Below are positions 18,488 through 27,893 of a stretch of 64,000 bases of DNA, piece after piece (position 1 is the stretch's first letter; each line of letters begins with the position of its first letter). Below the pieces are notes generated by a model, which made no database searches, was not told where the DNA came from, and was given only the letters and a program-made list of their open reading frames with translations. The stretch lies in sequence record MN445183.1; one strand, 5' to 3'. The position numbers and the translations under genes were made by a program.

Positions 18488-19459
18488 ATGTTAGAGATAC
18501 TTATTTTTGGAGGTGGCGACGGCGATAATTATCTGCCAAACTCAGGACCTGGTAACAAACGACTGATAAAAGGATCAAAGGACGAAGGGTGGTTGGGGTT
18601 AGTTGATGTGCGGTTAATGCCTTCTATATTCCAGGCCGCTGATAGAATCGGATTAAACGTTACACCGTTCACCGGCAGTAACACGGCAGCACCGCGTTGG
18701 TTTAAAGCGATCATTGATGGGAAAGCAATCTTCTTTCCAAACGGTCCATGGGTTAACCCACTGAACTTCACTGACATCTATTACAAGGGCGGTGTGTACG
18801 GGATTGACGGGGTCGGACCTAACGGAACACCGCCGAGTAACGTGGGAAGTGGCGTAAACCAGCTGCAATATTTAGACTGGATTGATCCTGAAGGTCGAGC
18901 GTGGTTGTTTAAGATACGTTTAATCAAAGGCAACAATCCGGTTTACGTCACCAACCAAAGTTCGGTAACCACAACATCAGCCGCCGATGCTGAGTTTTGG
19001 CGATTGGTGGGTCGCGTGGTGGCTAACAGCACGATTGCGGCCAGTGACCGTTGGGATAACCTTGTACTCAATGTTGACTACAAGGATTCTCGCCTTCACG
19101 ACCAAACCATCACCTCCGGTTACTACCATGCCGTATCTGACTTCTTGAAACCCGCCACAGGGTCCTGGAGTCAGTCGGGCTTCAGCAACAGCTATGATTG
19201 GCGACCGGTACTTGAAGTGGTTGATCCTGCAACCACGTTTGTTCCCCCTATCGCACCTCGTGGTGTTACGCCTCGCGGAATAACCCTAAACCCATCCATA
19301 TCGGGCTCGGCGGGGTTCCTGGTTGCTGGCGATGTTTTATTAACAAATCAGAAAACAATACCGTTAGCGACACGCACGAGCAGTAATGCCTTTACCGTGG
19401 CTGGTAATGTATCTACTATAGTGATGCCGGTTGCGCCGATTAACCCAACGCTAAGCTGA
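18488..19459 (+). CDS. Putative virion structural protein, cassette 2 gene A
   Basis: MLEILIFGG start; paralog of 15678..16625 (GPGNKRL..GWLG..RWFKAIIDGK..RWDNLV..WRPVLEV). Confidence 0.7.
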   Translation: MLEILIFGGGDGDNYLPNSGPGNKRLIKGSKDEGWLGLVDVRLMPSIFQAADRIGLNVTPFTGSNTAAPRWFKAIIDGKAIFFPNGPWVNPLNFTDIYYKGGVYGIDGVGPNGTPPSNVGSGVNQLQYLDWIDPEGRAWLFKIRLIKGNNPVYVTNQSSVTTTSAADAEFWRLVGRVVANSTIAASDRWDNLVLNVDYKDSRLHDQTITSGYYHAVSDFLKPATGSWSQSGFSNSYDWRPVLEVVDPATTFVPPIAPRGVTPRGITLNPSISGSAGFLVAGDVLLTNQKTIPLATRTSSNAFTVAGNVSTIVMPVAPINPTLS

Positions 19460-19469
19460 GGTAAGTAAC

Positions 19470-20306
19470 GTGTACATCGATTTAAAATGGGCTAATGTTA
19501 ATACAGGCCCAATAACGACTAACATTTATCGCGGAACGTCGCCTTTGGATAAGACCAACCTTGGCACCCCGGTCGCCGTCTTAACCAATAAAGAAGTCAC
19601 CTGGCGAGACCTTAATGTCACCGCCGGCACAACGTACTATTACGTTATCGAGTTTGACGACGGTAATGGCAATAAAGTTTCAACACGGGTGTTTACCATT
19701 GTGGCGAACTACATCCGTGGGCACGGTAACGCGTCCGTTATGCTGGGTGACCAGAACTACGGGTTTATGGATTACGTTGCCCCTGGTCGACTGCTTGGCG
19801 TATTGACCTCAGCGGGGTTCTCACCCACGGGTATCTCGGATGTCAACTTTGGCCCTGCGGTAAAGTTCTCGTACAACAACAAGGTGTACTTTAGCATTTT
19901 GCAACAGGCCAACCAGGTTGGGTCAACGTTAAGCGTGATGACACCGTTGCTCAACAACGACGCCGGTATACCGGTTACCATTGATGGATTTAACTACATC
20001 CTGCGGATGGCAAAGGTATTGGGGCCCAGCTGGGATGGCACATCTAAACCTGCCAGCCAAGCAGATTTGGATGAATATTACATCAAGTTCATTTTACCAC
20101 AGTTTAACTATTTGCCAAATTGGGAAGGTGAATCGCTGGGTAAGGTTAATAACCTGTCAGCAACCAACACCGTGTTCGGACGGGAAGTGGTGTCCAACAC
20201 CATTGCAAGCCGGGTTGGTCGTAATGGCGCCATTGTCTGGAACGCCTCGACTCTGGCATTAACGGCTTCCCAGTACATCCCTTTCATTTTAGAATTGGTG
20301 GAATGA
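19470..20306 (+). CDS. Putative virion structural protein, cassette 2 gene B
   Basis: GTG start after GAGGT SD; MYIDLKWAN FN3-like; paralog of 16636..17472. Confidence 0.7.
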   Translation: MYIDLKWANVNTGPITTNIYRGTSPLDKTNLGTPVAVLTNKEVTWRDLNVTAGTTYYYVIEFDDGNGNKVSTRVFTIVANYIRGHGNASVMLGDQNYGFMDYVAPGRLLGVLTSAGFSPTGISDVNFGPAVKFSYNNKVYFSILQQANQVGSTLSVMTPLLNNDAGIPVTIDGFNYILRMAKVLGPSWDGTSKPASQADLDEYYIKFILPQFNYLPNWEGESLGKVNNLSATNTVFGREVVSNTIASRVGRNGAIVWNASTLALTASQYIPFILELVE

Positions 20307-20307
20307 C

Positions 20308-21267
20308 ATGTCAATTACATTGAATTGGACAAATAAAAACCCCAACACCACGAACTTTAAAGTGTATCGTGGGACTTCGAAAACTGCGTTGTCTTTATTA
20401 ACCACGCTTGCCAGTTCCGCCACGACGTATACGGATAACGCCGCCGTAAACAACACGCTGTACTACTACCAGGTTAACGTGGTATTGGGTGGATTGGATG
20501 AAATCCCTGGCGCTATTGTCCCGCACGCCGCAGTCACCGATACAGGACCCGGACCAACAACTCTCATTGCCGGCAGCATGGAGTGGGGGTTCTTCGGCAC
20601 GATTCCCGTCGCTGAGTTTATCAGTGATTCGGCATACAAGGCGTTGTCTGCGGTCGGTAACGCATACTCGACGGCGATCACTAGCTGGTACAAGTTTGCT
20701 TACAAAGGCAAGATACTGTTTGTGGCCAGCGACCCGGCCAGAACCCAAACCGTTGCACCGTATATGTTTGCCAAAGCGATATATAACGAAGGCGCGTACC
20801 TTGGTACAGGAGATAGTTCGTTACCGCACACGTTGGTGGGTGCGTCGGCTGTACCACAAACGAAACGGGCGACGTTTGGCTCGTACGAGTTCATTGTGCG
20901 TGCAATGAAAGCCAACGAAACCACACCAGCTAATGCGAACGGTATCACCAACAGCTATAACCCGCCAGTCTCACGCGAACCCATTTTCTCTGAAGCAAAC
21001 CTGATTGCTTCCGGGAGCAGTAACTGGGCCGTTGTGGCGCCATACCTGGCGGCTGGACTGATGCCACCTAAGTTGATTGGGTCTGGTGGATTGATCGGCC
21101 CGTATCAGAACAGCTACTTCATCACTCAACACTTCAACAACGCATCGTCGTATTACGCGTTAATGATGGTTAATAACAATACGTCCACTACGAGTGTTTC
21201 CACGTATGCTTATCAGACATCCATAGCGTGCGTGTTCCTACCGATACTGGAATTAGTTACCCCGTAA
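20308..21267 (+). CDS. Putative virion structural protein, cassette 2 gene C
   Basis: MSITLNWTN FN3-like; GPGPTTLIAGSMEWGFFG; paralog of 17475..18413. Confidence 0.7.
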   Translation: MSITLNWTNKNPNTTNFKVYRGTSKTALSLLTTLASSATTYTDNAAVNNTLYYYQVNVVLGGLDEIPGAIVPHAAVTDTGPGPTTLIAGSMEWGFFGTIPVAEFISDSAYKALSAVGNAYSTAITSWYKFAYKGKILFVASDPARTQTVAPYMFAKAIYNEGAYLGTGDSSLPHTLVGASAVPQTKRATFGSYEFIVRAMKANETTPANANGITNSYNPPVSREPIFSEANLIASGSSNWAVVAPYLAAGLMPPKLIGSGGLIGPYQNSYFITQHFNNASSYYALMMVNNNTSTTSVSTYAYQTSIACVFLPILELVTP

Positions 21268-21314
21268 TATGTAAAATCGTACATATTCGATAGGTATATA
21301 TAACCACACTTATT

Positions 21315-21340
21315 GGCTAGGGTTCATCCCTGGCCTTTAT
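21315..21340 (+). terminator. Hairpin terminator after cassette 2
   Basis: GGCTAGGG/CCCTGGCC stem (one G-U pair) followed by TTT. Confidence 0.55.
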
Positions 21341-21358
21341 TTCGATCTGGGGTTTGTT

Positions 21359-22204
21359 ATGTTTGAGATGATAGTAGCAACGGCAGGTGCCGGCGGTGTC
21401 AGGATCGAGATTACAGCGGACGTTGAAGGGACAGCATATCCTGGCCAGCCCATTAACTACACCTTTAAAATATCCGGGGTGCCAGTAGGTAAGAAGGTCT
21501 ACTGGTCGATGTATGAAGACTACACGGCAAAGACTATCGGTGCTGATAGACTGTACGATGGTGTAACGTCCGGCGTGCTAACCATCACGGGTTTGCCCAT
21601 TACCGTGGCTAAGCGCGTAATGGGGAAAACGTTGCAAGGGCGCAAGCTGGTTATGCGTGCTGCATTAACCGCAGCAGAAGCAGATAACCCTGATACCGCG
21701 CTTGCAACGACCCCTGAGATCGTTATTGGTAAATCACCAACCGGCAGTGCAACGGCTACCACTACTGTGCCTACGAACGTCTATGCAATGACCGTGTCGT
21801 TGTCAGGGGCTGGCGGCGGTGGCGCAGGCGGAGCACCATCAGGCTCGTTCAGGTACTACACCGGTGGTAAAGGCGGTAATGGAGTAATTTACAGCGGCGT
21901 GGTATATGTAAAACCAGGCACCACGGTATCGCTCTCCAAAGGCACCGGCGGTGCAGGTCGCCCACCTGGTCAGGCCGGCTATTCTGGTGGCGGAACTTCA
22001 CTGTCTGGACTCGTCCTGCCCACTACTTCTGTGTCAGCGCAAGGCGGCGGTGGGGGCGGGATTGGTGATAACCAGACTGGCGTAAGCGGTCGCGTGGGTT
22101 CGCCAAACGGCAGTGGAGCAGCAGGTGGGGCGGGTGGGGCTCGTGACCAGGGCACTGGCGGCACCGGTTCACCGGGGTACGGCACAATAACTTGGGGTCT
22201 TTAA
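21359..22204 (+). CDS. Putative fibre or structural protein, Ig-like N-region plus glycine-rich C-domain
   Basis: MFEMIVA start; GAGGGGAGG..GGKGGNG glycine-rich repeats. Confidence 0.7.
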   Translation: MFEMIVATAGAGGVRIEITADVEGTAYPGQPINYTFKISGVPVGKKVYWSMYEDYTAKTIGADRLYDGVTSGVLTITGLPITVAKRVMGKTLQGRKLVMRAALTAAEADNPDTALATTPEIVIGKSPTGSATATTTVPTNVYAMTVSLSGAGGGGAGGAPSGSFRYYTGGKGGNGVIYSGVVYVKPGTTVSLSKGTGGAGRPPGQAGYSGGGTSLSGLVLPTTSVSAQGGGGGGIGDNQTGVSGRVGSPNGSGAAGGAGGARDQGTGGTGSPGYGTITWGL

Positions 22205-22209
22205 CATTA

Positions 22210-22530
22210 ATGATTGATGACATTATTACCGGCCACATTTACAGTTCACCGTCAGGTAAACCGTTCATTGTGGTCGCAAAAGCAGCACATGGCCAGGACT
22301 GTTCATTAGGGATGGTCTTGTATCAAAACTTAGAAGCTACCGACGACTACCCACCCGGTAAGCTCTGGGTGGAGCCTGAGTCGTTGTTTATGCAGCAATT
22401 TAAAACATTCGAATCAGGAGTTTATTATGACTACAACAATGCACGAACATCTACTGACGCGGGGCTACGATCTGGCCCGTTATCCTACTTCTTGGGTTAC
22501 GGACACCCAGCTGACGGTTCCGTTGTTTGA
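22210..22530 (+). CDS. DUF1653-like protein (start revised to ATG 22210)
   Basis: GHIY..G..FIVVAKA.H..MVLYQNL..LWVEP..FM pattern. Confidence 0.65.
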   Translation: MIDDIITGHIYSSPSGKPFIVVAKAAHGQDCSLGMVLYQNLEATDDYPPGKLWVEPESLFMQQFKTFESGVYYDYNNARTSTDAGLRSGPLSYFLGYGHPADGSVV

Positions 22531-22958
22531 CTTTGGCGGTAAGCTGAGGGGATATCAGACGTACACACCCGGCGCGCCGAAGACAGCCAAGAACCCACAT
22601 GATGCGAAGTATTTTACGCGGATGATGGGTGCTGGTCAGGCGGCTGTCTGGGGTACGGAACTGGAGTTGGAAATTACAGGCTCAACCGCACAGAACAACC
22701 GTATTTCTAACGGAGTCGGTGTTCAAAGCGTGTGCGTTGCACAACGCTGGTTTTAACGCCTGGTCTGTTCTGGGTAGCGACGTTTCTAAACAACTCAGAC
22801 AGCAGCTCTTATTACTGCCGTATCATTTTGTCTGTGCAGGCGATGATGATTCGGCGGGCTTGAAATTTTCCCGTACGTTTCGCGACGGCTTTGTTTCGCG
22901 TGACTTAGATGAACTATCTGTTGAAGAGGTTCGCATGTTAGCTAATCAGTACCTGTAG
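22427..22958 (+). pseudogene. Small Toprim-domain (primase-like) gene split by a +1 frameshift near 22670
   Basis: Frame 1 gives PLFDFGGKLRGYQTY.P..KYFT..VWG; the +1 frame gives VFLTESVFKA..AWSVLG..GDDDSAG..DLDE (Toprim acidic motifs). Confidence 0.7.
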
Positions 22959-22974
22959 CCCTGAGGAACAGATA

Positions 22975-23577
22975 ATGATAGAATCACTTTTGTACAGTGG
23001 TGCTCGCCCGATTGCCACTGGACAATTAACGTACAGCATGTCAGGTAACTTTATATTCACCGTTCCCAATAACGTCACAGAGTTGTGTGTCTACGCACAG
23101 GCAGGTGGCGGGGGCGGAGGATACGGTAACACGTCTTATCGTGGGCTTGCCGGTACGCCTGGTTCAATCGGTAAAAACGGCTACCTTAATGCTATTCCCG
23201 TTACTCCTGGAGAAACACTAACTGTTACCATCGGCAGCGGCGGTAACACGCCCGGCCCGGGCTCGGCAACAACCCTATCACGTGGCGGTACCGTTCTATT
23301 GACGGTTGCCGGAGGTGCTGCGGGTAGTAATGCCACGAGCACGGGGTTAAGTGAGCGCAACCCAGGATATCCTGGTCCAGCAGCACCCGCCGTGCCGGGG
23401 GCAACAGGTTTAGGTACCGGTAACTTGGCACCTGGCAGCGGTGGTAATGGTGGTAAAGGTTACGGATTCGGTGGTGGTTATACCGCATCAAAAGGCATTG
23501 CGGGTGCGATGCGTATTATTTGGGGTAAGAACCGTGCGTTCCCCAGCACGAACGTTGCGGATATGAAGGTTGTTTAA
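22975..23577 (+). CDS. Glycine-rich putative fibre or structural protein
   Basis: MIESLLYSG start; FTVP..V..LCV.AQAGGGGGG; C-terminal RIIWGKNRAFPSTN shared with 55950..56804. Confidence 0.75.
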   Translation: MIESLLYSGARPIATGQLTYSMSGNFIFTVPNNVTELCVYAQAGGGGGGYGNTSYRGLAGTPGSIGKNGYLNAIPVTPGETLTVTIGSGGNTPGPGSATTLSRGGTVLLTVAGGAAGSNATSTGLSERNPGYPGPAAPAVPGATGLGTGNLAPGSGGNGGKGYGFGGGYTASKGIAGAMRIIWGKNRAFPSTNVADMKVV

Positions 23578-23593
23578 AAAGGAAACATAAACA

Positions 23594-24184
23594 ATGGCAT
23601 CACTCTATTTTCATTTTGCTACCATGAATGCAGGTAAATCATCGGCGTTGATTCAGGCAGCATACAACTACAAAGAACGCGGTATGGATGTGGTGATTTT
23701 CAAACCACGTATCGATAACCGTGATGGCAATGATGTTGAGGAAGTAACCAGCCGCATTGGGTTGAAGGCGCAAGCAAGGCTGATCTCATCGGATGAAGAT
23801 CTGTTCGAGAAAGTTTGTGTGTCCTTACGCGAACAGCAAATTCACTGCGTGTTCGTTGACGAAGCTCAATTTTTAACACCGGAGCAAGTTCGTCAATTGG
23901 CAAAGGTGGTTGATATTATCAAACTCCCGGTCATGACCTATGGTTTGCGTTCTGATTTCCAGGGGAATCTTTTCCCGGGTTCAGCCGCGTTGTTTGCAAC
24001 TGCACAAAAGTTAAGACCTATGGTTACCATTTGCCATTGCGGTTCACGCGCTACCCACGTACTGCGCTACAATGAAGCGGGTGAAGTGGTGAAAGAAGGC
24101 CCGCAAGTGGAAATCGGTGGTAACGATAAATACGTCGCTGTCTGCCGCAAACACCATGCTGGACCAATGGGTTATTACGACTAA
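23594..24184 (+). CDS. tdk: Thymidine kinase (type II)
   Basis: FATMNAGKS P-loop, SRIG, FVDEAQFL, YGLRSDF, C.CG Zn site, IGGNDKYVAVCRKH. Confidence 0.95.
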   Translation: MASLYFHFATMNAGKSSALIQAAYNYKERGMDVVIFKPRIDNRDGNDVEEVTSRIGLKAQARLISSDEDLFEKVCVSLREQQIHCVFVDEAQFLTPEQVRQLAKVVDIIKLPVMTYGLRSDFQGNLFPGSAALFATAQKLRPMVTICHCGSRATHVLRYNEAGEVVKEGPQVEIGGNDKYVAVCRKHHAGPMGYYD

Positions 24185-24186
24185 GC

Positions 24187-24225
24187 CGGCATAAAGGCCA
24201 GGGCAGTGCCCTGGCTCTTATGACG
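24187..24225. terminator. Bidirectional hairpin with CGGCATAA/TTATG flanks
   Basis: GCCAGGGC/GCCCTGGC stem between convergent genes. Confidence 0.85.
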
Positions 24226-24229
24226 ATCA

Positions 24230-25339
24230 TTACCCATCCACGTAGCGTATAATGATGGCACCATCGTCGCCTTTGGTGCCGTTTGCACGGTATCCACCCT
24301 TACCGCCTTTGTTCCCCATGCCGTTACCGCCGTTGGCGCCGTTACCACCCTGACTCATTCCAGACGCCGCGCCACCGTTCCCCGGTAACGCCGTTGCTAC
24401 GCTGGTACCGTCGACTGTGAGTTGCGAAGCAATGCCAACACTACCTGGATCAATACGACTGTTAACGTTTTGACCCCCTGCGCCACCCGTACCGCCAACA
24501 AACCCCAGTGCTGTAGTGGACGACATGGTTAAGGCATACGGAATAAGTCCGCCATTACCGCCGTTCCCACCAGGATACTTGTAACTCAGTGATTGGTTAC
24601 CGCCAGCACCACCGCCACCGCCTGGACCTTTAATAAAGCAAACGGCATAGGTTGATTTTGGTGGGGTGTAGGTTCTGATGGCAGATGTCATCATCGCGGT
24701 AATAACAGGATAGATTTGACGTTTTCTAATGGACAGCTTTGATATGGACCCTGTGAAACGATAATCTCCACGGAACAAACCACCGAGACTTAATGAACAT
24801 GGATCACGATAAAAACCTGCACCGAAAACATCTGTTACGCTTCCCATCTTCTGGCCACCGCGATAAACATCTAAGCGGGCAGTAGGCTTTTCACACACCC
24901 TGACAACTTTATAAGTCTGGGTGCCGGTTGCGCGTGACCATGTGGTATCATACCAAGAGCCGGTAGTGGTAGTTACATCATTGACAAAACGCTCCTGCCC
25001 AGAAGCGTTGTATTGGAAACCAAGTGAGGTGGTATTGTCTTCTATGCGACCCAATTCAAAGACGGCTACCGAATTACCCGCACCTGCGGTAACAACATAT
25101 TCTATTTCAACTTCACAGCCGACAAAGTCGACAGAACCGAAGTTTGACAGCACGGCATTACCTGCACCGGTAAACGACGCCTGGCCGTTGGCAACGGTTA
25201 CGCCAGTGCCAAGCGAGAATACGCCGCCAGTCACTTTGTCTTTGATTATCCCGTCTGTGGAAAAATCGATGTCTAATATTTGTTCCCATTCTCCGGCTGA
25301 CCCGGTAGGGGGTTTAACTGCTAACATCATCTCTAACAT
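24230..25339 (-). CDS. Putative fibre or adhesin: LamG/concanavalin-like domain plus glycine-rich domain (start revised to ATG 25339)
   Basis: MLEMMLAVK start with GAGGG SD; LSLGG..FTGSISKLSI LamG-like end; GGGGGAGG repeats. Confidence 0.7.
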   Translation of the reverse strand: MLEMMLAVKPPTGSAGEWEQILDIDFSTDGIIKDKVTGGVFSLGTGVTVANGQASFTGAGNAVLSNFGSVDFVGCEVEIEYVVTAGAGNSVAVFELGRIEDNTTSLGFQYNASGQERFVNDVTTTTGSWYDTTWSRATGTQTYKVVRVCEKPTARLDVYRGGQKMGSVTDVFGAGFYRDPCSLSLGGLFRGDYRFTGSISKLSIRKRQIYPVITAMMTSAIRTYTPPKSTYAVCFIKGPGGGGGAGGNQSLSYKYPGGNGGNGGLIPYALTMSSTTALGFVGGTGGAGGQNVNSRIDPGSVGIASQLTVDGTSVATALPGNGGAASGMSQGGNGANGGNGMGNKGGKGGYRANGTKGDDGAIIIRYVDG

Positions 25340-25346
25340 GGTGCCC

Positions 25347-25994
25347 TCACTGCGCAGTAGGAACAAAGAATCGTATTTTACCTATCGCGTCATTCCACGG
25401 GTTTGATGTTGTGCTGTCACTCCAGCATCCAATAGCAATAGGGAGCGCTAATCCATTGAATGAAACGTTGGACGTTGTCGCGGCAACGATGCTACTGCGT
25501 TGATACATTGTGAGTTTAGACCCTTCCCTTACAATCCTAATAATCACCTTGAGAGCCGTAGGTGCTGAGGTACCTGACAATATGGACCGCCAGTTATTCG
25601 TCGCATCTTTATACCAAAATCTAAATAAGCGACTACCCGCAAGTTCAAGGTACCAGCCACCGCCGCCAGTCATACTTGCAGCCTGCGACATCACTACTCG
25701 ACCTTGAGACGCAGTAGACAGCTTAAGTTCTACTGAGAGCTCCCAAGACGGTAATGTCAAATCGATTGGATGCAATGCAGGAGAAGCGCTCTGAATAAAC
25801 CCAATTGATGATGCTTTTGGGTAGTAGCATGAACCAAGGTCTGGGTCTGTGGTGATGTTACCGGCCGAACCACAAGTTAATCTTATCTTACTCACTTGGT
25901 CATATACGATGCTGGCGGCGCTGCCTTCACGCCAGTCTATCAAAAGTAACCCTTCAGCTGCCTGACCGTGGCCGCCCATCATCATCTCTAACAT
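25347..25994 (-). CDS. Putative fibre or adhesin with LamG-like domain
   Basis: MLEMMMGG start; IVREGSKLTMY..IAIG..W..AIGKIRF LamG-like pattern. Confidence 0.7.
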   Translation of the reverse strand: MLEMMMGGHGQAAEGLLLIDWREGSAASIVYDQVSKIRLTCGSAGNITTDPDLGSCYYPKASSIGFIQSASPALHPIDLTLPSWELSVELKLSTASQGRVVMSQAASMTGGGGWYLELAGSRLFRFWYKDATNNWRSILSGTSAPTALKVIIRIVREGSKLTMYQRSSIVAATTSNVSFNGLALPIAIGCWSDSTTSNPWNDAIGKIRFFVPTAQ

Positions 25995-26030
25995 GTTATT
26001 ATCCTCAAAGTAACCCTATACAATCTCACG

Positions 26031-26049
26031 CCTACATTACTAATGTGTA
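26031..26049 (+). promoter_or_regulatory. Phage early-promoter-like motif
   Basis: CCTACATTACTAATGTGTA at a divergent gene junction. Confidence 0.75.
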
Positions 26050-26078
26050 AGTAAAACTGAACTCGTAAGGACCTTTAT

Positions 26079-26621
26079 ATGTTTAACTATGCCTCCATGC
26101 AAGACTTTGATGTTTTAAAGCAACGCTGGATGAAAGAACTTGCAGATGGTTGTCAGAACATTGATAAGCGTCTGGTTAAGACACTGAAACGTTTTAACAC
26201 GTTACCCGGTGTTGTGTCTGTTTGGTGTTGTTCGGGACACACCCGCGCTGAACATGAAGCCAGAAATACCACGCTACCCTACGAAGATCGTCAGAAACGC
26301 AACATCATCTTTGTAGCCGCACCTGCCGCAGCAAGTGTATTTAAAGCGTTTGCGCAGTACATCGCGACCATGCAACATAATGACTGGGCGCTGGTGCGGC
26401 CGGAGTTAAAGACCAGTGATTTGATATGGTGTTTTGATGACGAGCCCACCTTGCGACGTTATCCGATTTGGACGTTGCAAGTGTCATATTCAAACTTAAC
26501 GGAAACCAATCGCGAGCCCAATGAAATGTCAAAAGCCATTCATGAGGCCATGGAAGCCATCTGGGAAGAAATGATTGAGTACCTCATTGACTATTGTGAA
26601 AAGGAACCCGTATGCCTGTAA
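26079..26621 (+). CDS. Hypothetical protein with TYW3-like ID..N..V..CCSGH motif
   Basis: NIDKRLVKTLKRFNTLPGVVSVWCCSGH. Confidence 0.7.
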   Translation: MFNYASMQDFDVLKQRWMKELADGCQNIDKRLVKTLKRFNTLPGVVSVWCCSGHTRAEHEARNTTLPYEDRQKRNIIFVAAPAAASVFKAFAQYIATMQHNDWALVRPELKTSDLIWCFDDEPTLRRYPIWTLQVSYSNLTETNREPNEMSKAIHEAMEAIWEEMIEYLIDYCEKEPVCL

Positions 26622-27247
26622 TGACCCATACGTTGAACTTTATTAAGTACGACATGCCACCTGATAAAGGCAACCACGTTAAGCTGGATTCTCGTACCTG
26701 GCACGGAATGACCGTTGATACCTGGAAAGTGGATGCGATGACCCCGTATCTGCAAATGGTGGGTTACTTCGTTACGCAGTTAGGTAAGGAAGTGGTGCTG
26801 GAACGTAAAGACCTGGACTTGATTGACATTGAGTCTTTGGAGTTCCACAACAAACGCCGTGACTTCTTCTGCGACCTTATCAAGTGGTCATTCCACGGAT
26901 TCGCTGACAGACTGCATTATCAAATCACCGTGCAGGACCTGATTGAATCTCGTCAAGTGATTGAACCGTTCCCGGCGGCCAACGGCGCAACGCACGAAAC
27001 GATCTTCCTGGAAGAGCATTGCGTTCTGGGCGGCAAGGTTGTGTTCATTAAAATCACTTCTGAGAAGTTAACCAATGGGCCGTTCAACACGACCATTGAT
27101 TTCTTCAGGAAAAATACCAGCGGTGGTGTTTCACGTCACTTCATCATTGAACACAAAGGCGACCAACCGTTCATTAAGATGTCGAACGAATACGAACGTC
27201 ATAAAGACCTCATTGCTGAAACACTTGGCCTTAAAGGGAAACCGTAA
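26612..27247 (+). CDS. Hypothetical protein, possible member of a local ~200-aa paralog family
   Basis: 211 aa; ends LIAETLGLKG like the next gene. Confidence 0.75.
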   Translation: MPVMTHTLNFIKYDMPPDKGNHVKLDSRTWHGMTVDTWKVDAMTPYLQMVGYFVTQLGKEVVLERKDLDLIDIESLEFHNKRRDFFCDLIKWSFHGFADRLHYQITVQDLIESRQVIEPFPAANGATHETIFLEEHCVLGGKVVFIKITSEKLTNGPFNTTIDFFRKNTSGGVSRHFIIEHKGDQPFIKMSNEYERHKDLIAETLGLKGKP

Positions 27248-27888
27248 TGTCCTATCAAATTCTGTCTGAGAAGTATTCTGAACTCACCGTTGACATCACC
27301 GCTGTGGATAACGACCCGTCTGATAATTACAGTGTTAGCATCTATGCGAAACGTAATGGCGAGCAGGTACTGTTGTGGCGTGAAAGCTTTGACGAGCAAA
27401 CGCGTTCGATTCACACGGGTATCGAAATTGCGATGGCTAATCTCATCATGTCGTCAAAGACCGGCATCGTAACAGACGATCAGCAACCATGGGAAGATTA
27501 CCTGTGGGTGCGCGATACGGTTCTGCGTACGGCGGGAACATCAGTATTCGCAATGCGCTTCAACGCATCGAACGATGTGTCCCGTTCGGTGTTCCATACC
27601 GGGCAACGTATCTGTTACCCATCGAAGGTTGAGATTATCGGTAAGCCCGTCGACCTGGAAATCTATGTTCGTGTTCCGCACGACCCACTTAGCGCGCTGC
27701 CAACCTATTACCTGAAGTTTACCGTCATAGACGACAGCGAAGAAGTCCGTCGTGATGGTATGGTCCTTACGTCTAGTCGTCGGACCTGCTGCTTCAACTA
27801 CACTGGTCGTGAACTTCGTTTCGATGAAAACGAAATCATCGACACTTTTAAAGAAGAACTTATTGTCGCCTTAGGATTAGAAGGATAA
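27247..27888 (+). CDS. Hypothetical protein, possible member of a local ~200-aa paralog family
   Basis: 213 aa; ends LIVALGLEG; TVIDD..VR.D also appears in the DHFR N-extension. Confidence 0.75.
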   Translation: MSYQILSEKYSELTVDITAVDNDPSDNYSVSIYAKRNGEQVLLWRESFDEQTRSIHTGIEIAMANLIMSSKTGIVTDDQQPWEDYLWVRDTVLRTAGTSVFAMRFNASNDVSRSVFHTGQRICYPSKVEIIGKPVDLEIYVRVPHDPLSALPTYYLKFTVIDDSEEVRRDGMVLTSSRRTCCFNYTGRELRFDENEIIDTFKEELIVALGLEG

Positions 27889-27893
27889 TTGCA

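Noticed and set aside
21359-23577. Glycine-rich ORFs as collagen-like or PE_PGRS-type host genes
   Set aside because: No Gly-X-Y periodicity; context, the shared N-terminal tag and the RIIWG motif fit phage glycine-rich fibre-type proteins
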